From Toensbergia leucococca (taxonomy: Eukaryota), in assembly GCA_022813965.1 (NCBI GenBank), contig JALDZS010000194.1, forward strand, positions 1-42,953: a DNA stretch of 42,953 nt, written 5' to 3'. Positions within the stretch are counted from its first letter, which is position 1. Each line of letters begins with the position of its first letter. Positions 11,994 through 24,070 of the stretch are shown here, one piece after another. Made by a program: the position numbers and the translations under genes. The notes under the pieces are model-generated. The model was given only the letters and a program-made list of their open reading frames with translations. It was not told the origin of the DNA and made no database searches.

Positions 11994-13667
11994 CTACTCC
12001 CGTCTGCACCTCGAGCACTCACACTTTGCACCCAGCCACGGCAATAGCATCCGTTGTCGTTGAGCCTTGCTCGCAAAGTCGGATGCCTCGATATACGAGA
12101 CGAAAATCTCTTCGCCCTCGCCAATCGGCCGGATGGCATGCAGCACCAATGTGGAACCGCCCTTGGAGGTAGCTTCACTGGGTTTCCACTTGGCATTCGG
12201 GTCGCAGCTATGATTGAAGAATGAAAACAGGGGATTGACTGTGAGGACGGTACGCTGGTCCAGCACGTGGGCATGTCTGTTGTTCATGAGACGACTCCAA
12301 GCTGTTTGGAGAATCCATGTATCATAGCGCGCATCTGTGAAGATGTCGATTCTGAGCTGCTGAAGGATCTTGTTGGGTTGAACGATATTCGTTGCAAAGG
12401 ACCAGACTTCGGGTTCGTCACGCGCGTATTGGGCGGTGAGTCTTGCGATTCGAGGATGATGCAGGGGATGAGAATTGCTTTGGGCACAGAGTGCCGAAAT
12501 TCGTAGCCAGAATGGTCCTTGTAATCCAGGGTCTTGGGCATCATTAGCTCCACTTGCACAACCGAACAGCCAGTTGAAATCTTTCCCACACAATGCTTGG
12601 TGGTATGAATTGCGGGCTTGTGCTAGACACTCCTTGCTGCAATAGACGGTAGAGCAGCAGTCGGAGACGCTTCGACGCTTTGAGTTTGACGCGATTGTGC
12701 CACAGCAGCATTCGCATATGGCCTTGGATGTTGGCGGACCATTTGGAGAGGAAGTCGTGCTGACATTTGTGGCAGCGGTCACAGTCTTGTCGACGAAGAG
12801 TAATTCCGAAGGAGCAATGTCACATGTTGCGAATATACCAAGCACGTCAGATGGCATACTGATTCTTTTCGACTGCCCGCGAATTGGACTCCATGCTAAA
12901 GCACATCTCGAAGACACGGTCTTGAGCTCTTTTTCGACAATTCCGATAAGTTTGTTGTCTCTTCTTAGGTATTTCTTCTCCATGAAAGGATATGGCCTGA
13001 TGGTAATGCCACCTTGTAAGAGCCGTCTTCTCACTTCCTTTGCATCGGCGCTTACGCTTCTAAGTTGGACCATCTGTGATTCGAAGAAAGACATGCATTT
13101 TTGGAATTCTTCTCCATAATGAGATTCACTTGGGAATTTTTCTTTGGCCTCCTTGCAAATTCTTAGAAAGTCCCATGTGGCGTTGGCAAGGAACAGCGCC
13201 GTCATCAAGGCCTTGTACGTCTGGCCAAGCGAATCAATCAACAATGAACGAATGCGGAACTTCCACAAGTCGGTCGGTAACTGTCTCCTCCATTCTACAA
13301 CATCTCGAAGCCATACATCCATGGCGTAATACAACTTCACATGCTCTCCAAGTACGGTAGTCTCGTCGGCAAGAGCAGCGTTGATCAAGAGATATGCTTT
13401 ATGTGCATCTCCAGCGGCAAGTTCGGGATATCCAAGCCCGGATAATAAGTGGGCTCGCATATACCAGTAGTCGGGATTATAAGGGAGGTCTCGCAACTTC
13501 CGAGTGAGGTTCATTATACCGGGAGCATCGTGCTTGAAGACCTGACGCTTGATCAGTAATCGAGCCAATTGTTTCGTGTGGGAATCTTTCACCTCATCTG
13601 ATGGACGATCGAATACACTCATCCATGCAGTCGGTTTCCAAGCCTCGAGAGACCAAGGACGGTCCAT
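11994..13667 (-). CDS. SET/MYND-domain (SMYD-like) lysine methyltransferase
   Basis: 557-aa ORF with a TPR-like N-region (YPELAAGDAHKA), split SET start LGIFATCDI, MYND-like cysteines (CECCC...CCSTVYCSKEC...HQALC), SET motifs FFNHSCDPNA and GEEIFVSYI, and post-SET CECSRC. The true start could lie further upstream. Confidence 0.88.
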   Translation of the reverse strand: MDRPWSLEAWKPTAWMSVFDRPSDEVKDSHTKQLARLLIKRQVFKHDAPGIMNLTRKLRDLPYNPDYWYMRAHLLSGLGYPELAAGDAHKAYLLINAALADETTVLGEHVKLYYAMDVWLRDVVEWRRQLPTDLWKFRIRSLLIDSLGQTYKALMTALFLANATWDFLRICKEAKEKFPSESHYGEEFQKCMSFFESQMVQLRSVSADAKEVRRRLLQGGITIRPYPFMEKKYLRRDNKLIGIVEKELKTVSSRCALAWSPIRGQSKRISMPSDVLGIFATCDIAPSELLFVDKTVTAATNVSTTSSPNGPPTSKAICECCCGTIASNSKRRSVSDCCSTVYCSKECLAQARNSYHQALCGKDFNWLFGCASGANDAQDPGLQGPFWLRISALCAQSNSHPLHHPRIARLTAQYARDEPEVWSFATNIVQPNKILQQLRIDIFTDARYDTWILQTAWSRLMNNRHAHVLDQRTVLTVNPLFSFFNHSCDPNAKWKPSEATSKGGSTLVLHAIRPIGEGEEIFVSYIEASDFASKAQRQRMLLPWLGAKCECSRCRRE

Positions 13668-14570
13668 GGTGTGGCCCTCAGCATTTACTACAAGTCCGTT
13701 TGGGGATTTAGATCTTGACAGCTGATCGTCGACAGAGCACTAGATTGATTCCTATTGATTGGACTTTGATTGGGTTTGAGAAGGTGTCACAGTCTATTGT
13801 GCAAGATGTTGAAGATGGTGTTTGTCAAAGCAAGAGCTTCAGTAGGTAGGGAATGACCAATGTTAGCATGAATGCATGAATGAATGATCGACAAACTTGG
13901 AATATGGTCAATACTTGAATACCTGGCTGTTGGATATTGCTTGTTTGGAGATAGTGTTCTGGCTTGATTGAATGTTTTAGGATTGAAGTGTCATTCAGGA
14001 AATGAATCTTCCACTTTGAACCGTCGTCGATTATCTAATTAGAACGAGCCAGGGAGATACAGCCAGAAATATCCCATATACACTTTATATCATCTAATAA
14101 GAAAGAGTCAATATATGCTTACCTAGGTGGAACCTACCAGAAATCTATGTACGTCGGCATACTCAATTAGGCCAGGCTTGATGTCGTGCTAGGTAGGTAG
14201 ATTGACATGTTGCAAAGATTTAGAATATGAGCCAGCCAGAACAGTAGCACAACACCAATTCCCAGAGAATGTGCATGAAATCCGCCTTCATGCGTGGGCG
14301 TAAAAGAACCACTGTTTCACTGACCTCGAATACCCGCCAAGGAAGCGCCCCAGCTACTATCTGCACGCCCCGAGTGCATTGCCGCCTATCTAGGTGGAAG
14401 ACCCGGCTCATTCTGCAACTACCTTACCAGCAATCATTTGAGACATCAATGTACCCCTGTTTGATCGCTCTTTTGTATGTCATTCAACTCATCTTAACAT
14501 GATAATTCTGTCTCCATCTCTTCTTGCTTGTCTTCTCCACAGTTGCGTCAACTGCCCCATCTCATCATCA

Positions 14571-15163
14571 ATGAAGAGCCCATCCCACCTCCTCATTCTT
14601 CTTTTAGTCTTACCCTTCTTTGCCATCCGCGTCGTCGCTAGAGTTGTGTGCTTCCAATCCACCTGTACCTCCACCTACGCCCCCACTAATTGCGTCGACG
14701 CACCCACCCAGCCCGTCGGGAAGACGCGTCGAGAAGAAGCCTCTCCTCTTGACAGTCGCGGCAACGGAATTTGTTATTATCCGACCGGTCTCCTCTCTAA
14801 ATCGTTGACAGTCAATACATTCTCTCAAGTCTTCTTCCTGCCCCGAGGCATCTATAATCTGAATTGGATCGAGGACATAACTGAAGGGCCTCCCTCCACA
14901 GCTATTGGTACATCACTCCTCCCTCCCCATCCTCTCTCGCGCCACTCACCATGCGGATGAATTTGCCCTAATCAACCTCCCTAGTGTTCTTCGAGCTCTT
15001 TCAGCGAGCCTCAGACGGGACGAATCATTTTGTACGACATCTGGGCGCATATGGAAGACAATTTGTGAGTGACGGCTACACAGGCCTAGTATTGGCGTTG
15101 CAGCAGTATCAATATACGGAGCCTATGCAGTCCGTAGAGGTCTGGGTGCAGGCTGTAACGTGA
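14571..15163 (+). CDS. Small secreted protein of unknown function (~171 aa, 2 exons)
   Basis: Signal peptide MKSPSHLLILLLVLPFFAIRVVA and 4 Cys in the N-terminal half. Intron 14908-14984 (gtacat..cctaat..tag) restores an open frame to TGA at 15161-15163. Confidence 0.65.
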
Positions 15164-16376
15164 AATCGGGAACGAGGCAAAGGGGAAAGAGGGATTCGAG
15201 GAATAGTGTCTTTTGATATCGTGATGACTGTACAAAGCTAGTCATGGGAGACGGCCATTTGCGAGTAAGATGGAAAGATGACATGGTCTGAGCTGACCGA
15301 AATAAGCACAGCAGCAAAAGAATGAGAGAGAAGACTGCAAAAGATAGAAGATGGAAGAAGGAAGAAGGGAGATAGAGAGAGTATTCAACATGGGACGAAT
15401 ATAGTATCAAGAGCTAGAAAATGAGAACAGTCTAAGTTGAATAGCTATTGCTGTCAGTGTGAAGTACTTGCGGTGCCAGACTTGATTCAGCTTACCTTGA
15501 TGATGATTGTTGCAACTGATTGACTCGACTCGTAGACTTGGACTCACTATCTCAAATATGCAAACCTTCTTGGATAATATGATAAGGTCAGCCGTCCTGA
15601 TCAATGGTTGGTTTATAGACGCCTGTTTTTTTTGTCAAGGTTAAGAAATGCTAGTCGTAAGACCTCTCGTAGTTTTCGAGACAACACAATGGAGGACATC
15701 CAACCCGGGACGATGAGTAAGCTCAGAGTCTAGATAGCTCGTCCCTTGTCTGACCTGCTAGGTAGTCTTCGTCAGAGGGCCATGACATAATTCCTGTCCT
15801 CCGACTATCCCCGGCTCTACATGCAGCTCAACGATATCTCTCATATGATCCACATGCATCGGCCATACTTCAAGTCTTCGGTTTCTCAAAGTATTGTAAT
15901 AAATGGAATTTTACGCCAAACTCGCAACTGCGCCAGGAATCTCCAGATGCAGGCTTCCAGAACCAAACCTAGAGAATCCGGTCTAATATCAAACGTGGAA
16001 TAAGTTGAGTGGGACCTGGGAAACGAGTTTCTGCTTTCTAGAGTATGTTGTTCTTGATATAAATCTACCAGTGAGGCGATTCGAAACTAGACACATCAAA
16101 GGGAGGGACGAAAGTGCGGATTCTTAATTTTGGATGTTGGAGAAGGCAGATCGGAGTTGAGAATGATGGGTTGGCTTGTGAGATTTGATGTAAGACGTCG
16201 ATGCGTGGGGTTTGGGTGTTTCAGTGAGTCAGCGCAAGGATAAAACATGCATGTCGGTTTCCTGTAATAATTGCGTGTAGGTGAAACGGAAATTTTGGGT
16301 ATCATATGATAGGATCAGTCGTAAGTAGGAGATCTAAAGTCGTAGGAACATCGTAACATGGCAGTCGTCAACGCCG

Positions 16377-17397
16377 TCACCAATCTACCGCCCAGCCATT
16401 TTGCTCCAGGAATTCCTGGCAAGCTTGCTTCAATGCCAAGTTCGGCCGTAATTCTTCCAGTCGTAGAGGCTCTCGAGTCAGAGGGTCTGTTTCTGAGCGT
16501 CGGAAATGTTCCATTATGGTTGATCGGTCGTACGATTGGCCTGTTTTGGTGATGACTGGGTCGTGCATTATTGAGAAAGAAATGGAATCGATCATGTAAT
16601 CGGGGACTTCCTGTTGCGATGGGTCAGAAATATTGAATACTTTTGCTTTAGGGGACGTACCCTCCGTTGCATATGCTCTGGATCTGTGATAGCAAAGATG
16701 TTCTGGAGCTCCTGTGTCTTCTTCTGCATCGACGTTTGGATCTCCGCTTTTTCCTCTTGACCACCACTGGCACTTAGCTGTCCCCCTCGAACCCTCTTCT
16801 CAACCTCTTCCGCTTCCAAGACAGCAGTCGCAGCCAATCCATCTTCAAGCTCCCGTAAAAGATGGCTGCGTCTCCTTAATCTTTCTCGTTCTCGAACCTC
16901 CCATTTCTCTTTCTTTGCTTGTAAAACAAGATCTGACACTTTGGTTGTGCTAGAATCGTTTGAATTGATACATATGTCGTAGGCCATTAGAGCGGAGCTG
17001 AGGGCTTCGTTGGGATGATGTAGGGCAAGCTGGGCTTGGGCAAGGTAGTAGTAGCCTTTCAAGTTGTTGCGCTGTAGCTCTATAGCCTTGATGCAATCTT
17101 CTAAGCAACCTTCCCATGATCTGAGCTTGATGCGCGCAAAGGCGCGATTGGTAAAGAGAGAGGTGTTTTTGGGATCCTTCTGGATACTTGATGGTAAGGA
17201 ATCCGGTCAGCAACTATGGAGGGTGGCGGATAGGCAAAATTGGGAGAGCATACGCCATGGTGTAAAATGCCTGTGCGCCTTCAAAGTCGCCTTCGGAAAA
17301 TCGCCTGCCTCCAAGTCAGATAGTGATGATTATGGGTACCCTGGAAGTCGTCTTACTTGTTACCCTCCTCCTTGAGTGCGACGGCTTTGTTCTCCAT
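16377..17397 (-). CDS. STUB1: CHIP/STUB1-like TPR + U-box E3 ubiquitin ligase
   Basis: Spliced exons give MENKAVALKEEGNK|RFSEGDFEGAQAFYTMA|IQKDPKNTSLFTNRAFARIKL...KGYYYLAQAQ (TPRs), then a coiled coil, then the U-box VPDYMIDSISFSIMHDPVITKTGQSYDRSTI...DPLTREPL...LRPNLALKQAC...NGWAVDW. Three GT-AG introns. Confidence 0.92.
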
Positions 17398-17729
17398 TTT
17401 TTTGTGTTTGATGGGCTGGCGTGGATGGGGAGATAGAAATGGACAAGATCTTATGAGAAAGAAGCTTCCAGCTGTGGCGAGGACAATGAGTAAGTAGTCG
17501 AATGGTTGCAGGGCACGCATGCCTCATTTCTAAGCAAGCAGACCGGTCAGGTTGAGGTACGAGTAGCCTCTTTGAAGTGGGACAAAGACGGTATTTTTGA
17601 CAGTAATTGAGGAGCAAAATTACCTGGATCATTAGAATACGACGAAAAAGGCCCGTCTAGTGTGTACGTCATCGAAGATTTGTTTGTCACTTGCAGTTTT
17701 AATTAGTGTTTTAAATTTCATCTGATTGC

Positions 17730-17757
17730 TACCTCCTCCTCCTCCTCCTCCTCCTCG
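17730..17757. repeat. (CCT)n microsatellite in the divergent CHIP/Nudix intergenic region
   Basis: About 8 uninterrupted CCT units visible directly. Confidence 0.85.
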
Positions 17758-18025
17758 TAGCTCTACAGCATTTTCAAAGGCTGCTGTTTCTTTGATTCGC
17801 TGTGTGACCTTGACGAAGCCTTCGAATGTGCATCATTCGTTTCCAACAATTCGTCTGTCAATCTGAGCTGTCATCTTGTTCTACCTATTCTACGTTAACG
17901 CTGTTGCCTGCCCGATGCGAAGTGTTCACAGCATTTCGCAAACCAAATAATATCTCATCATTCGCACTGTCTGAGGCTCTCCCACATTTTGTTTTCTAAA
18001 ATCCCCTACTTCTCATCTTCTCGCC

Positions 18026-18712
18026 ATGTCAGCTTCAGATAACCCCACCCCAATCTCCATCCACATCCCACTCAGCCTCTCCCACCTCACAGTACCTCTC
18101 TATCAATTCATTCAAGACCACCGCCCAAAATACGACCACCTAGTCGTCGGAGCCTTCATATTCGCTCCCTCCGACTCCCCCGCTACCTCCCCACCCCGCA
18201 TTCTTCTAGTCCAACGGGCCAAAACCGAGAGTGCCTTCCCCAATCTCTGGGAAGTTCCAGGCGGATCGAGCGAACTAGCCGATCCGACGGTTCTCCATTC
18301 AGTTGCTCGTGAGGTTTTTGAAGAAACAGGGTTGCGTTTGACCAAATTTGTGAGGCAGATTGGGCAAGGCGTCGAATTTAATATTAATCATCTCCGGTGG
18401 CTAAAGTTGAGTTTCGAGATTGAGGTCGCTGAGCTGCCACATCAATCAAGACATAGTTGTCATGATCACAGTTCAGGCCACGAAGCAGATATTACGGCCA
18501 GTCAATCCATGGACGCGACTACAAACTCCGGCTTGGTCACTCTAGACCCTAAAGAGCATCAGCAATACGTGTGGGCTACCGAAGAGGATATCAAGAAATG
18601 CTATCAGGATGAAGGGCCTTATTCTTTATTAAACGAAGCTCAACGTCAGGTCATGTTGCAAGCATTTACACAACATAATGCCGGAAACAGCCAGCTTAAG
18701 GTCAAGGTATGA
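18026..18712 (+). CDS. Nudix hydrolase
   Basis: 228-aa ORF with VVGAFIF, RILLVQRA, the Nudix box WEVPGGSSELADPTVLHSVAREVFEETGL, and C-terminal VTLDPKEHQQYVWATEEDI. Confidence 0.92.
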   Translation: MSASDNPTPISIHIPLSLSHLTVPLYQFIQDHRPKYDHLVVGAFIFAPSDSPATSPPRILLVQRAKTESAFPNLWEVPGGSSELADPTVLHSVAREVFEETGLRLTKFVRQIGQGVEFNINHLRWLKLSFEIEVAELPHQSRHSCHDHSSGHEADITASQSMDATTNSGLVTLDPKEHQQYVWATEEDIKKCYQDEGPYSLLNEAQRQVMLQAFTQHNAGNSQLKVKV

Positions 18713-20268
18713 GAAGGCAAGAGATGGAATGCCAGCTTTAAGCTGTCAGCACATGACGCGTGATGTTAGGGGCTGGGACCTGACTGACTATTCGGACTTC
18801 GGTCATGGACAGAAGCATCGTGTATTTACAATGTGGTAGGACAGCATTTCATCCAGCCACACAATCACGCACGTGGCCATTCTCTCGACCACTCCCCAAA
18901 AGATAGAACCGACCAGCCAAAATAGAGGAATAGATACTACAGCATAGAAAGCCAACAATCTCATAAGCTACATCCTCCGTCCATTGAATGGCTCTCTTAC
19001 AGACATGCCATTCCGACCTTGCCCACGTCCAAATCCTCATCTTCGGCCTGACCCTTCCCTCCATTCCCCTCTCCCAACCTTTTCCCCCTCGCACCTCACG
19101 AGCCCTTCATCCAATCCCATGCCGCTCAATCGCTCCACTTTCCCTCAACCATTAAATCAACTTTTCCGTGAAGTACCTCAATACACCTACACCCTCAAGC
19201 CCACCTCCTCTTCAAAAAAATCACCTCCCTCCTTCCCCAACTCGCCAGTCCACATCCCAGTTGCAAATGTGGCCCTAAGTCTCTTCACGCTCGCCCAAGA
19301 ATCATTGGGAGACTTGTCCCAAACATCAAGCGTCCCTCAATAACTTAGTTTCATACACAGCACACACGAGATACATAAACTCACTAAATAGTACAAGCTA
19401 CACCTATCACAGTCAGTCCTATATCAGCATGGTAGAATATCCTCTACACCAGACCGATGGTCATGTAGCAATTCTATATTTCCTAACCACTCTCACCAAG
19501 ATTGCAATCAAGGGTTTTTATCCACGTCAAGGAAGACCCGGGGATGTCTGAAACAGCTGATCTACGCACTCACAAAGGCATTTCCGCCCCAAAATATGGA
19601 CGATGTGCTGTACAACAAATTTGCCGTCAAAGATCAGAGCTTATAAGGTTTCCAAAACCTCTCCATTGATTTCAAGTAGGGTGGGCAAAAGATTGAGTAA
19701 GAATACCTAGCTATCCAAATCAAAGAGGAAAAGAAAAAGAAACCGAAGATAAGAGATTTGATTTATTTGCTCGGGGAGTCTCTTTGCTTAAGGCACAAGA
19801 TAACGTGGACGCGATAGCAACATATCATAGCCAGGGCCAACCGTTTTCATGGCCCCTTTCGAAATTGCAGACAAGAGAGGATCTGTACCATTGTATTGCA
19901 AGTTGCGACGAATCTGAACTGCCCCTCTGTGCCTCTCACCACCCGGAATGAAACTGATTGGCGTCTTGGGCCATGTGGAGAGTACATTCCGTATAGACGC
20001 TGTGATCCGCCCTCGTCTTGCCAGAGATTGAGGACACCACAATCAATCAGAGCGATTTGGGGCTGTGGTCTTCGCATTATTCTCCCTTTGGAACATGTTT
20101 CCACTCTCCATCACACCCGCATCCAAGCTCGAGCGACCGTCCAAGACGTCGCGGGGGGTGAGAGGGGATGAGAGGGCAAACGAGAGCGACGGCAGAGAAA
20201 GGGGTATCCCGATAACAGAAGGATGATATTTTCGAAATCCAGCACTTTCCTCTCTGACAAGAATCCCC

Positions 20269-21116
20269 TTATCCTTCGTCCCTCCCCTTTCTCCTCTCTC
20301 GCCTCCCCAACTCAACTTCGACACATCTCCTCCTCTTTTCCCCTGACAAACCCCTCAATCCATCATCGTCCCTGTCAAAATAAAGTGCCCAACCCCCCTC
20401 CTTCTTCCCCCCTTGTCCATCTTCTTGTCTCCCATCCTCCCTCCCCTCCTCCCCTCTCTCACCCTCCTCCCACACCGCCAGAAACCCCTCCCACCCCTCC
20501 AAACAAATCCTCCTCTCAGCAGGCGTAACATCCCACGGCCCGACAACATGTCTCTCGCTCTCAACCCGATTCCCATACTTCACTTCATGAGTATCGATAT
20601 CCACGTAAATCCATGCGAGTTGCGGGGGATCGTCGGAGATGGTGGAGACGAAGCCTTCACCTTTGATGGACCATTTCGTTTCTGGGTAGGGGAGGAAGTA
20701 GCCTGCGAAGAGATGCGGGGGAGATTTAGTGGAGGAGGAATCGTCGAGACCTAATTCGTCTTCATCGTCCGACGACGGCGGGACGGCTACCCACAACTAC
20801 AACACACTTGCCCAACACAGATCAGTCGCTTGCCAAGAAAGACTTCTCCATCGCCCACACTCTCATCACCCTCCCCTCCGCCCAAAGAAAACACAGCCCA
20901 ACCCACCTTTCCCCCCCTCAAAACAACAACGCCCCCATCCACCTCCCTCGAACTCCTCCCTCTTCCCCCCGCTCCCGCCGCACACGAAACAATAAGATTG
21001 GATTTCAAGCCGCGATGCTTCTCTTTCGCGTTCTTATGCTGACCTTGCTTGACAGCTTCGGTGGTGCCGATGATGGCGGGGCAGGCGGCGATGGCGGTGA
21101 GGATGCCCAGGACCAT
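20269..21116 (-). CDS. Conserved fungal hypothetical protein (2 exons)
   Basis: Exon 1 (21116-20907) reads MVLGILTAIAACPAIIGTTEAVKQGQ... Intron 20797-20906 is gtgggt..ctgat..tag. Exon 2 reads LWV...HLFAGYFLPYPE...GFVSTISDDPPQLAWIYVD..THEVKYG...GPWD...LEGWEGFLAVWEE...WALYFDRDDDGL. This pattern is recalled from uncharacterised Pezizomycotina proteins. Confidence 0.8.
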
Positions 21117-22052
21117 TGCGTTTGTGTCGTGTCGTGTCGTAGTGTGGGCGGGGTTTGGGAGAAGAGGGGAGGTTTGCTCTAGCTTAGGGGGAAAGGGGGA
21201 TGATTTGTTCCAATAGGGGTTGATGGATTGGTCATAGACGCTTCAAAGCCGAGTTCACGGCTTTGGTTTCGAATGAAGACGTAATCGCTTTTGCCTTCCC
21301 CGGCATTGAACCCTCAAATCCAATCGAGTTTACTTTTAATTCGTATTCCAAGTCCCTGCGTCAGTGACACCGATCCGCCATCCGGTATCTGCCGATGCAA
21401 CTAGTTCTAGAATAGCCCCGCATTTAAATCTAGCCCGCCAGCTCGATCCAACCTTTTCACAACCACCAACCCCCGGCACCCTCTCTCCCAAACCCAATGG
21501 AACTACACCTTCCCTTCTCGCCCTCATGGCCAGCACGTGAGGTCGAGGAACGTCCATTAAAACCCCCAGATCAAGGAAATCTCCTCAATGTAGAATAACC
21601 AATTTACCAAGAAAGGATCCTACCTAGAATGAAAGAGGCGTAGGCGCCACTCGCGCTAGAGCATACCTACTTCTCTTTTGCTACCTCTACCTGGCCAATC
21701 CCTCCATGAACCTAGCCAGACTCGTCGCCTATAGGCAAAAAGCAGGCTTTCCATACCGCCATCGCTGTCCTGCATGTGCTGTTCCAGGCTCATGGACCCT
21801 TCATGACCAATGACAAAAAAGCCCCGTCATCATGATCAAAAGCCCCCCATTTCATCCATTCATTCCATGCTCAATTGACACATCGCCTCCTCACCAAACC
21901 CAAGACCAAAAAGAGAAAAAAACCTCGATATAGTCCTCCGCTCCCCCGCCCTCAATCAAAGACACTTCTCAACATCATCTCACCAATCGTCTTCTCATTA
22001 ATAAGATAGAACCCCGTTCACAACTCCACCCTCGAAAAACAAAAATCTCACC

Positions 22053-22576
22053 ATGTCCGGACAAACGTAAGCCTCCCTATCCCCCAAAGCCAAGCCAAAA
22101 AAAAATGACCCACTCCCTCCCACCAACCCCACCCACAACCCCACCTAAAACCCCCCCTCCCAGCGCCGAACAAGACCGCACCTCGGAAGCCGCCTCGGAA
22201 GCCAACGACTCGGAGCCCGAGCCCGAACCCGAAAATGCCGCCGGCAACCGCAAAGCCATGCAAAAATCCGCCGCCCAATCACGTCCGATGCCCGCCGAAG
22301 TGGACCCGAGCGACGGGCGCCGCATCGTGCCGGTACGACAATCGCGCATCAAAGACCGCCCGGCGAAAGTGGGCGAGAAAGACTCGAGTCTGAAGATCAA
22401 GATAGAGTTGGATTTGGAAGTCGAGGTAGATCTCTACGCGCGGGTCAAGGGCGACATTGTGATTGGGTTGATGTAATAACTTTTTATGGCCCCTCGCTTT
22501 CTGGGGGCTTTTGTGTGTTTTGCAGGTTGATTTGTATGCACGAGTCAAGGGAGATGTCACGATTGGATTATTGTAA
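22053..22576 (+). CDS. Small hydrophilic hypothetical protein with conserved C-terminal LKIKIELDLEVEVDLYARVKGD..IGL motif and two alternative C-termini
   Basis: ATG at 22053, and intron 22067-22163 (gtaagc..cag) joins the 22105 frame. The stop is at 22474-22476 if unspliced, or at 22574-22576 if 22426-22525 (GT..CAG) is spliced out. Confidence 0.8.
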
Positions 22577-24070
22577 GGGTGTGGCCATTTGTGAGTTGGA
22601 TGCCTGGTTGCGGGTTGTGGTGGTAATTTTTTTTGTGTGATATGCAGGACGCCGGATTGAGGGAGAACGCCTACCCTTTTTTTTTCTTTTCCGCGCTGTG
22701 GGGTGGGGGGGATGGGGGGGGAGATACGATGGAGGAGGGATTCAGATTGCTTGTTTTGTTGTTGTTACTGTGTGGGACTGCGGGCGGTGTGAGTCGACTG
22801 CAGCAGGTATGGATTTGAGGAAGGAAGGATACTGGTACTAAAGAAGGAAAAAGTAATATGTTTTTATGGAAATTTAGTAATCATACACCACCTTTTGATT
22901 ACATCAACACCCTCCCACTCCCTCTCTCTCTCAGACTGATATCTGAGCGCAAACATGCGTAGAAAAAAACATCACAATATCACATCACATCTGCACTCAA
23001 TTCTCTACCCCCTATTACTCTTCTATTTCAACGTGCCATCTAAAACCAAAATTACTCAAGAGAAAAACAAGTATACTTTTGTACCTATCACATCCACACT
23101 CACTTCCCCATCACCCCCCGGAACGCCAAAAAATCCCCGCAATTTTGCGAGTTATTCACATTCTGAACGCTGTGAATAGCCCCCCTCACCTGCCTGAATA
23201 GCATGATCCTCCACCTCACCAGCCCCTCATACCTTGTCCGTCTCACCCTTACGCCAGCCCCGCGCGGCCCCGGCGCCGGATGAGGGTAAGAAATTGAATT
23301 AATTCCACGACCGATGGAGGTGAGAATATGTGACAAGACAGAGTAAGTAGATAACAAATAGGGTAACCCAAGGTCCGCACAAAAAAAAAGTTAGAAAAGG
23401 GGGGAGTGGAAAAAAATCGATTCCCAAAAAACAAAGGTTGTAAAAAAAAAAACCACGGAGCATTCCCCGAAGATAACTTTTGCAAACTAAAATGGCAACG
23501 TAAATTGAGGAGGTTATAAAACAAAAATTAAAGCATGCAAAAAGGAGGTTCGAGGATCAAGTTGCACAAATATGATGAGAAAATCATGGGATGATTTTCT
23601 ATGCTACATCGCGCCGTAGGTACATCACACTATTGCCTACCGTAATCAGATACAATAGATAAAGGGGGGGTGTTCAGGTTGTTGTATGGGGAGTTGAGAT
23701 TGGTATTTTTTTGGGGGGAGGGTCTGTGGGAGTTGGGGGGTTGGGCTTTTGGGGTTTGTGGTTGGGTTGTGTGGGGGTTTTCTGGTGGGGATTTGGGGGT
23801 GAGAAGGGTGGGAGGGTTTGGGGGGTGTGGGTTGGGTGGTAGATTGCGGGCGATGAGTGTGATGTTGTGGGTATAGGTAGGTAGGTACAATATAAGTCAG
23901 CGTGCTCTATGAAACAGAAGACCCTTTTCAGTTGTGCAAAAGTCTCATTCTTCTCCTCGCGCAAATGAAACTATCCGCACCCCCCTAACCACGCCTCGAT
24001 ACCCGATTCAACATAAGAACAGACATAAACTCATCTCCCCACTCCACAACGTCCACTTCTCTTACATCAA

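Noticed and set aside
18849..19343. Pro/Ser-rich ORFs downstream of the Nudix gene
   Set aside because: They arise from pyrimidine-rich low-complexity DNA, with no domain or splice support.
23630..23964. Overlapping Gly-rich and Pro-rich ORFs
   Set aside because: Artefacts of a G/T-rich low-complexity tract, which also lacks a regular telomeric TTAGGG period.
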